Below are positions 58,271-64,000 of a stretch of DNA of 64,000 nucleotides, one piece after another. The stretch lies in NCBI RefSeq assembly GCF_054482525.1, contig NZ_CM137006.1, one strand, 5' to 3'. The position numbers and the translations under genes are program-made. Below the pieces are notes generated by a model, which was not told the origin of the DNA, did not search any database, and saw only the letters and a list, made by a program, of their open reading frames with translations. How positions within the stretch are numbered: position 1 is the stretch's first letter; every line of letters begins with the position of its first letter.

Positions 58271-58645
58271 ATGACTTCAACTGCACGCTCCCTTCGCTAC
58301 GCGCTGGCAATCCTGACCACTTCGTTGGTGACACCTTCCGTCTGGGCACATGCGCATTTAACGCATCAGTATCCTGCGGCAAACGCGCAAGTGACAGCTG
58401 CCCCGCAGGCAATTACTTTAAACTTCTCGGAAGGCGTTGAAACAGGATTCAGTGGTGCAAAAATCACGGGGCCAAAAAACGAAAATATTAAAACATTACC
58501 GGCGAAGCGGAATGAGCAGGACCAAAAGCAACTGATTGTTCCACTGGCCGATTCGCTGAAACCCGGAACCTACACCGTTGACTGGCATGTTGTTTCGGTG
58601 GATGGGCATAAAACGAAAGGACACTACACCTTTAGCGTGAAATAA
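58271..58645 (+). CDS. yobA: periplasmic copper-binding protein YobA (CopC family)
   Basis: 124-aa ORF with signal peptide and CopC fold signature. Confidence 0.9.
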   Translation: MTSTARSLRYALAILTTSLVTPSVWAHAHLTHQYPAANAQVTAAPQAITLNFSEGVETGFSGAKITGPKNENIKTLPAKRNEQDQKQLIVPLADSLKPGTYTVDWHVVSVDGHKTKGHYTFSVK

Positions 58646-58648
58646 ATC

Positions 58649-59521
58649 ATGCTGGCGTTTACCTGGATCGCGCTGCGATTTATCCATTTCACCTCGCTGA
58701 TGCTGGTCTTTGGCTTCGCAATGTACGGTGCCTGGCTGGCACCCTTAACGATTCGTCGCTTGCTGACGAAGCGTTTTCTGCGTTTACAACAGCACGCTGC
58801 CGTCTGGAGTTTGATCAGTGCCACTGCAATGCTCGCCGTTCAGGGCGGGTTGATGGGAACGGGATGGACAGATGTATTTTCGCCAAATATTTGGCAGGCT
58901 GTTTTGCAAACGCAGTTTGGTGGCGTCTGGTTATGGCAAATTGTTCTCGCCCTCGTAACGTTGATCGTCGCCCTTATGCAACCGCGGAATATGCCACGTT
59001 TGCTGTTTATGCTCACTACCGCGCAATTTATTCTGCTGGCGGGAGTCGGGCATGCGACGCTGAATGAAGGGGTAACGGCGAAAATCCATCAGACTAATCA
59101 CGCGATTCACCTGATTTGTGCGGCGGCGTGGTTTGGGGGATTACTGCCGGTGCTCTGGTGTATGCAACTCATCAAAGGCCGTTGGCGACACCAGGCTATT
59201 CAGGCGCTGATGCGTTTTTCCTGGTGCGGGCATTTTGCGGTGATCGGCGTACTGGCAAGCGGCGTGCTTAATGCATTGTTGATTACCGGATTTCCCCCCA
59301 CGCTTACGACTTACTGGGGCCAACTCTTATTGCTCAAAGCCATCCTGGTGATGATTATGGTGGTCATCGCGCTGGCTAATCGTTATGTTCTTGTACCGCG
59401 CATGAGGCAGGATGAAGATCGTGCGGCTCCCTGGTTTGTGTGGATGACTAAACTCGAATGGGCGATAGGTGCGGTAGTGCTGGTGATCATCAGCCTGCTT
59501 GCGACTCTCGAACCTTTTTGA
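58649..59521 (+). CDS. yebZ: inner membrane protein YebZ (CopD family)
   Basis: 290-aa multi-pass membrane ORF immediately after yobA. Confidence 0.9.
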   Translation: MLAFTWIALRFIHFTSLMLVFGFAMYGAWLAPLTIRRLLTKRFLRLQQHAAVWSLISATAMLAVQGGLMGTGWTDVFSPNIWQAVLQTQFGGVWLWQIVLALVTLIVALMQPRNMPRLLFMLTTAQFILLAGVGHATLNEGVTAKIHQTNHAIHLICAAAWFGGLLPVLWCMQLIKGRWRHQAIQALMRFSWCGHFAVIGVLASGVLNALLITGFPPTLTTYWGQLLLLKAILVMIMVVIALANRYVLVPRMRQDEDRAAPWFVWMTKLEWAIGAVVLVIISLLATLEPF

Positions 59522-59533
59522 TGGATTACGAAA

Positions 59534-59875
59534 ATGATGAAAAAAAGTATTCTGGCGTTTCTGTTACTCACCAGTTCTGCAGCGGCGCTGGCGGCACCGC
59601 AGGTGATTACCGTCAGTCGTTTTGAAGTGGGTAAAGACAAATGGGCATTTAACCGCGAAGAGGTGATGCTGACTTGCCGACCGGGTAATGCTTTGTATGT
59701 CATTAACCCAAGTACTCTCGTGCAGTATCCGTTAAACGATATTGCACAAAAAGAAGTCGCCAGCGGGAAGACTAAAGCCCAGCCCATATCGGTGATTCAG
59801 ATTGATGATCCCAACAATCCCGGCGAAAAAATGAGTCTGGCACCGTTTATAGAACGAGCTGATAAACTCTGTTAA
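59534..59875 (+). CDS. yebY: DUF2511 family protein YebY
   Basis: 113-aa ORF with signal peptide. Confidence 0.88.
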   Translation: MMKKSILAFLLLTSSAAALAAPQVITVSRFEVGKDKWAFNREEVMLTCRPGNALYVINPSTLVQYPLNDIAQKEVASGKTKAQPISVIQIDDPNNPGEKMSLAPFIERADKLC

Positions 59876-59902
59876 TTACCTAAAATAGCCTTTTGATTTC
59901 CA

Positions 59903-59945
59903 ATAAAAAACCGCCTCAGTTCTTTCACCAGAACAGGCGGTTTTT
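59903..59945. terminator. bidirectional terminator (yebY on + strand; RyeA on - strand)
   Basis: hairpin CCGCCT...AGGCGG flanked by AATAAAAAA upstream and TTTTT downstream. Confidence 0.6.
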
Positions 59946-60032
59946 AACATTTAAGCTAATGACCCCCACGCTTTTTATTGACCATTTTGCACGCAAACTG
60001 GAAAACCTGGCGTCGTCATCTATTCTTAAAGG

Positions 60033-60135
60033 GCAAGGCAACTAAGCCTGCATTAATGCCAACTTTTAGCGCACGGCTCTCTCCCAAGAGCCATTTCCCT
60101 GGACCGAATACAGGAATCGTGTTCGGTCTCTTTTT
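60033..60135 (+). ncRNA. sdsR: small RNA SdsR (RyeB), sigmaS-dependent Hfq-binding sRNA
   Basis: GCAAGGCAACTAAGCCTGCATTAATGCCAACTTTTAGCGCACGGCTCTCTCCCAAGAGCCATTTCCCTGGACCGAATACAGGAATCGTGTTCGGTCTCTTTTT matches the SdsR sequence from memory and ends in a terminator hairpin plus U-run; -10 element CATCTATTCT with C at -13 just upstream. Confidence 0.85.
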
Positions 60136-60269
60136 ATCTGTTAAAAGCCAGAAGCATTCCTTTCGCTGACTTTATAGTCAACCATAACACACACTCTACT
60201 GTCTGAGTCCAGCATTTTTTAACATTCCTGTTAAGATTATGTGATCTTTAGCGCGGGAGGAAAATATTG

Positions 60270-60926
60270 ATGAAACAGCCTGCGCCCGTTTATCAGAGAA
60301 TTGCGGGTCATCAATGGCGACATATCTGGCTTTCAGGCGATATACACGGTTGTCTTGAGCAGTTGCGCCGCAAATTATGGCATTGTCGTTTTGATCCGTG
60401 GCGAGATTTACTTATCTCAGTGGGAGACGTTATCGATCGTGGGCCGCAAAGTTTACGTTGCCTGCAGTTACTGGAACAACATTGGGTTCGTGCGGTAAGA
60501 GGCAATCATGAACAGATGGCGATGGATGCGCTGGCATCCCAGCAGATGTCTTTATGGTTGATGAATGGCGGCGACTGGTTTATTGCGCTGGCAGATAATC
60601 AACAGAAACAAGCGAAAGCGGCGCTGGAAAAATGTCAGCATTTGCCCTTTATTCTTGAAGTACACAGTCGCACCGGCAAACATGTTATTGCTCATGCCGA
60701 TTATCCAGATGATGTTTATGAATGGCAAAAGGACGTTGATTTGCATCAGGTCTTGTGGAGCCGCTCGCGATTAAGTGAACGCCAAAAAGTGCAGGGAATT
60801 ACAGGTGCTGATCATTTCTGGTTTGGTCATACACCGTTGCGCCATCGCGTGGATATTGGCAACCTGCATTATATTGATACAGGTGCTGTCTTTGGGGGCG
60901 AACTGACTGTTGTGCAATTGCAATAA
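60270..60926 (+). CDS. pphA: serine/threonine protein phosphatase 1
   Basis: ORF 60267..60926; ATG at 60270 gives the 218-aa form; metallophosphatase motifs GDIHGC and GNHE. Confidence 0.92.
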   Translation: MKQPAPVYQRIAGHQWRHIWLSGDIHGCLEQLRRKLWHCRFDPWRDLLISVGDVIDRGPQSLRCLQLLEQHWVRAVRGNHEQMAMDALASQQMSLWLMNGGDWFIALADNQQKQAKAALEKCQHLPFILEVHSRTGKHVIAHADYPDDVYEWQKDVDLHQVLWSRSRLSERQKVQGITGADHFWFGHTPLRHRVDIGNLHYIDTGAVFGGELTVVQLQ

Positions 60927-61118
60927 TTAAAAATCACCGTACTCCTGTGCAGGTCGCCAGAAACCATCTATAAAATCCTCAATCGGAAAACAACCGCCAT
61001 GGCGGATCCGTTGATCGCTCATAGAATAAAGACACTGCTGTTCCGTGTTGTAGACATCCACAACAATATCTTCACAACCGCCATCCAGGTAGCAAACAAA
61101 AAGTACCAGCGCGAACAT
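60927..61118 (-). CDS. yebW: small protein YebW
   Basis: ORF 60927..61202; internal ATG gives the 63-aa MFALVLFVCYLDGG form. Confidence 0.6.
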   Translation of the reverse strand: MFALVLFVCYLDGGCEDIVVDVYNTEQQCLYSMSDQRIRHGGCFPIEDFIDGFWRPAQEYGDF

Positions 61119-61222
61119 TTCATCCCCGAAGTGTGGTGCCGTACCGTTAAGTTTAGGAGAGATTTTACAACGGGGAAATAACCAGGACAAATAACCCGCC
61201 ATGCCGACGGGTTCTTTTTGGA

Positions 61223-61459
61223 TCAGGCAAGACGCATAATCCAGGCATCAGATTGTTGATCGTAACGGGTACGGTAAAGGACAGAGTGTTCGCCATTTAG
61301 CAGGGCGGGAATACTGGTTTCAGCATCCCAGGCATCCAGTTGCATACATAAATCGGGGTCTGATTTACAAGGAATGGTTAACGTTCGATCACCCGGCGAT
61401 TCGCCGTGTAATTCGCCGTCGTCGATTTCAAAAGCGCCTATGCGCACACTGGTTTTCAT
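61223..61459 (-). CDS. yebV: small protein YebV
   Basis: ORF 61223..61474; ATG at 61459 gives the 78-aa MKTSVRIGAFEIDDGELHG form. Confidence 0.75.
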   Translation of the reverse strand: MKTSVRIGAFEIDDGELHGESPGDRTLTIPCKSDPDLCMQLDAWDAETSIPALLNGEHSVLYRTRYDQQSDAWIMRLA

Positions 61460-61576
61460 CTTCGTGCTCTCCATTTAGCTGCCGGTTGTGGTACGACCAG
61501 TCCGATCGCACCATTTTTCAGCCTAGTTGAGGCAGCCGAATGTGCCAGTCAAAAAGTGCGCTTTTTTTGTGCGCTG

Positions 61577-63016
61577 TCAGGCGTTACCGGTAAAAAGTTT
61601 CCCGTCTCGCACCAGTTCACGCGGGTAGCTGTTTTTCAGTCGCGAACCAATTCGTTTGGCTAAACCAATCGGCTGATGCTGGAAAGTTACCAATACATCA
61701 TCCGCTACTGGCGCGGCTTGCGGGTAAACATCGCGCCCGCGATACCACTCTTCCGCCTCCTGCGGTGTCAGTTCAAAAGCGTTCACATTGTCGGGGGAGG
61801 CAAGGGCAATAACCGCTTCATGCTGCCAGCGATAACCTTTGTTATGCGTTTCGGCAAGTTTAATCCCCAGGCGAGAAAATCGGACTTTACCGATCAGGGC
61901 TTCAATGCCTACCGGGAACAACCACAGTTCTTTGTCGCGTTGCCAGAGTCGCAGGTTTCCATCCCAGTTTAAGCCAACACTTGCAGCCGCCTGACAAATT
62001 TGTCCAGCTTCGCGATCTTTCACCGGGCTGAACGGGAAATTGCCCACTTTGTATTTTGGGGCGGGTAAGGCGGGAATCGCCTGAGTTTTACGCAGACGAG
62101 CAACGAAGAAGCCTTCGCAGTCGTAAATTTGTGGGAAAACATGCAAAAAGCCTTCTTCTGTCAGCGCCTTGTTTGCACCAGGGAAGAGATCGCCAAGCGG
62201 TAAAAACTCTACTGCGTCGGGGTAAGTCTCTTTCAGCCACAGGCAAACTGCTTCGTTTTCTTCCCTGTTTAAGGTACAGGTCGAGTAAACCAGCGTACCG
62301 CCAGGGCGTAATGCATGAAAGGCGCTGTCGATCAGTTCCCGTTGGGTAGCTGCGATTTCCTGATTGCTTTCTGGTGACCAGTTTTTTAGCGCATCGGGAT
62401 CTTTACGCACCACGCCTTCGCCGGAGCAGGGAGCGTCCAGCAAAATGGCATCGAACATTTCTGGCACTGCCGCACCAAATACACGGCCATCAAAATGCGT
62501 GAGCGCAACATTACGGATGCCACAGCGGCTGATATTGGCATGTAACACTTTTACTCGACTGGCGGAAAACTCATTGGCAAGGATCGCCCCTTCGTTATTC
62601 ATCCGCGCGGCAATTTGCGTCGTTTTGGAGCCTGGCGCAGCAGCGACATCCATCACCCGCTGTGGTGCATTACCGTCAGCAAACAAGGCGGCGACGGGCA
62701 ACATTGAACTGGCTTCCTGAATATAAAACAGGCCACTTAAATGCTCGGCGGTACTACCCAACGGCAATGCATCTTCATCGTCGCGTTCAATCCAGAAACC
62801 TCCTTCACTCCACGGAATTGGCGTAAGCGTCCAGCCATAAGGAGCGGTTAATTGCAGGAAATCAGCAACGGAGATTTTCAGCGTATTAACGCGAATGCTG
62901 CGGCGCAACGGGCGCTGACAGGCGGCAAGAAAATCATCAAAAGAGAGCGTCGAAGGCATCGCTTCGCGCATTTGCGTCAGAAAGGCGTCCGGGAAATAAA
63001 CGGTGTGTTGGGCCAC
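61577..63016 (-). CDS. rsmF: 16S rRNA m5C1407 methyltransferase RsmF
   Basis: ORF 61577..63022; NOL1/NOP2/Sun-family methyltransferase; the GTG at 63016 would give a 479-aa product (ATG at 63022 is an alternative start). Confidence 0.9.
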   Translation of the reverse strand: MAQHTVYFPDAFLTQMREAMPSTLSFDDFLAACQRPLRRSIRVNTLKISVADFLQLTAPYGWTLTPIPWSEGGFWIERDDEDALPLGSTAEHLSGLFYIQEASSMLPVAALFADGNAPQRVMDVAAAPGSKTTQIAARMNNEGAILANEFSASRVKVLHANISRCGIRNVALTHFDGRVFGAAVPEMFDAILLDAPCSGEGVVRKDPDALKNWSPESNQEIAATQRELIDSAFHALRPGGTLVYSTCTLNREENEAVCLWLKETYPDAVEFLPLGDLFPGANKALTEEGFLHVFPQIYDCEGFFVARLRKTQAIPALPAPKYKVGNFPFSPVKDREAGQICQAAASVGLNWDGNLRLWQRDKELWLFPVGIEALIGKVRFSRLGIKLAETHNKGYRWQHEAVIALASPDNVNAFELTPQEAEEWYRGRDVYPQAAPVADDVLVTFQHQPIGLAKRIGSRLKNSYPRELVRDGKLFTGNA

Positions 63017-63095
63017 GAGCATATACCACTGGCAAAAAAACAGGCGCGCAGTTTAGCATAAACGCTCCGGCGCAGGCACGCCGGAGCAGTGGGCA

Positions 63096-64000
63096 TTATT
63101 TGGGAAGCGCAGTACCCCATTCACGCCACTCTTTCGGTTCACTTTCCTGCAACAGGAAGTGCTTGCCTTCCTGGGCTTTCGGTGCCAGCGGCGTACCCGG
63201 AGGCGTAGCGAAGGCGATGCCGCCACGGATAAACTGGTTAAAGGTGCCGGTTTTCACGACGCCGCCCGTCAGACCAAAGTCCAGACTGTAACCCGATGCC
63301 AACCAGAAGACGGAATTGTTACGCACCAGGTGTTGATAGCGTTTACTGATGCGCATCGCAATCATCACGCGATCTGACAATGTCCCCAGCGTCATTCCGG
63401 TAACCGTACCGACTTCCAGACCACGGAATAGCACAGGCGTACCGATGCCTAACGAACCGGCTTCCGGCGCTTCAACAATAATGCTTAAGCCATCCAGGTA
63501 ACGCGAATCAGTTATGGTGGCCTCTTGTAATTCAAAGTCGCGGCGAGGGTTGCCCCGTCCTGGTTCGACGTTGATATACGGCTGGAGGATAGTATCAAGA
63601 TGCTCAACGCCAGCTGCCGAAATTTGCGGTGTGACAACTGAGAAGCGCGTACCACCGCGAGCAAAGGTCTGGACATATTCCGGATAGAGCACCGCCTTTG
63701 CCTGTACTTCATTGCGCGCGGTAATCAGATCCAGCGTCTGGATTTGCCCGATATCAATACCGAGATAGCGAATTGGCATCCCGACCGCCAGTTTTCCGGC
63801 ATCGAAAGCGTGAAGCGTAATCTGCCCGCCAACCGCACGGGCTGCTGTTTCGGAAGCATACAGAATACGCTTGTCGCCTTTACGCTGACTGGCGCTGGCA
63901 CCGCTGAGGTTATCGAAGCTAATAGCCCCCTTTAATGCTCTGGAGAGCGGGGATGCCTGTACAGTCAGACCACTACCATTCAGCTGAACTTTCGCCCCAC
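63096..64000 (-). CDS. letB: MCE-domain lipid-transport protein LetB (YebT), C-terminal part; 5' end lies beyond the window
   Basis: ORF 63096..63779 continues in frame, without a stop, to the window edge; MCE-domain sequence. Confidence 0.85.
   Translation of the reverse strand, partial: GAKVQLNGSGLTVQASPLSRALKGAISFDNLSGASASQRKGDKRILYASETAARAVGGQITLHAFDAGKLAVGMPIRYLGIDIGQIQTLDLITARNEVQAKAVLYPEYVQTFARGGTRFSVVTPQISAAGVEHLDTILQPYINVEPGRGNPRRDFELQEATITDSRYLDGLSIIVEAPEAGSLGIGTPVLFRGLEVGTVTGMTLGTLSDRVMIAMRISKRYQHLVRNNSVFWLASGYSLDFGLTGGVVKTGTFNQFIRGGIAFATPPGTPLAPKAQEGKHFLLQESEPKEWREWGTALPK

Larger units (their letters stand above)
59900..60165 (-). ncRNA. ryeA: antisense small RNA RyeA (SraC), overlapping SdsR; ends approximate
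   Basis: known cis-antisense partner of SdsR in the yebY-pphA intergenic region; possible -35 TTGACT near 60187..60192 on the minus strand and the terminator at 59903..59945. Confidence 0.5.

Noticed and set aside
59978-60169. 63-aa plus-strand ORF in the yebY-pphA intergenic region
   Set aside because: Coincides with the SdsR/RyeA sRNA locus; the sequence is explained as non-coding RNA.

Overview
Escherichia coli chromosomal segment (K-12 map order, reverse-complemented): otsA(partial)-uspC-flhDC-motAB-cheAW-tar-tap-cheRBYZ-flhBAE-argS-yecM-cutC-torYZ-cmoBA-yecN-yecE-yecD-aspS-nudB-yebC-ruvC-yebB-ruvAB-znuBC/znuA-mepM-lpxM-[IS3-family IS]-pykA-hexR-zwf-edd-eda-purT-yebG-yebF-yebE-[IS200/IS605-family IS]-ptrB-exoX-yobB-holE-yobA-yebZ-yebY-SdsR/RyeA-pphA-yebW-yebV-rsmF-letB(partial). 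Gene calls rest on the supplied ORF translations matched from memory to well-known E. coli proteins; no database search was run. Almost all of the window is conserved core genome. The accessory content is two insertion sequences absent from K-12 MG1655 as I recall it: (1) a 1432-bp IS3-family element (IS1397-like) sitting inside a REP palindromic unit between lpxM and pykA, with a GTTT target duplication and a canonical A-AAA-AAG -1 frameshift site; (2) an IS200/IS605-family element between yebE and ptrB carrying an intact-looking tnpA and a tnpB (RNA-guided nuclease family) split by an extra copy of a 7-bp tandem repeat. Other differences from K-12 as I recall it: no IS in the flhDC regulatory region and no room for yecT between flhE and argS. 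I found no novel defence or other undescribed system; the IS200/IS605 element with its tnpB and possible omega-RNA region is the most interesting locus. No tRNA, rRNA or CRISPR array was seen.
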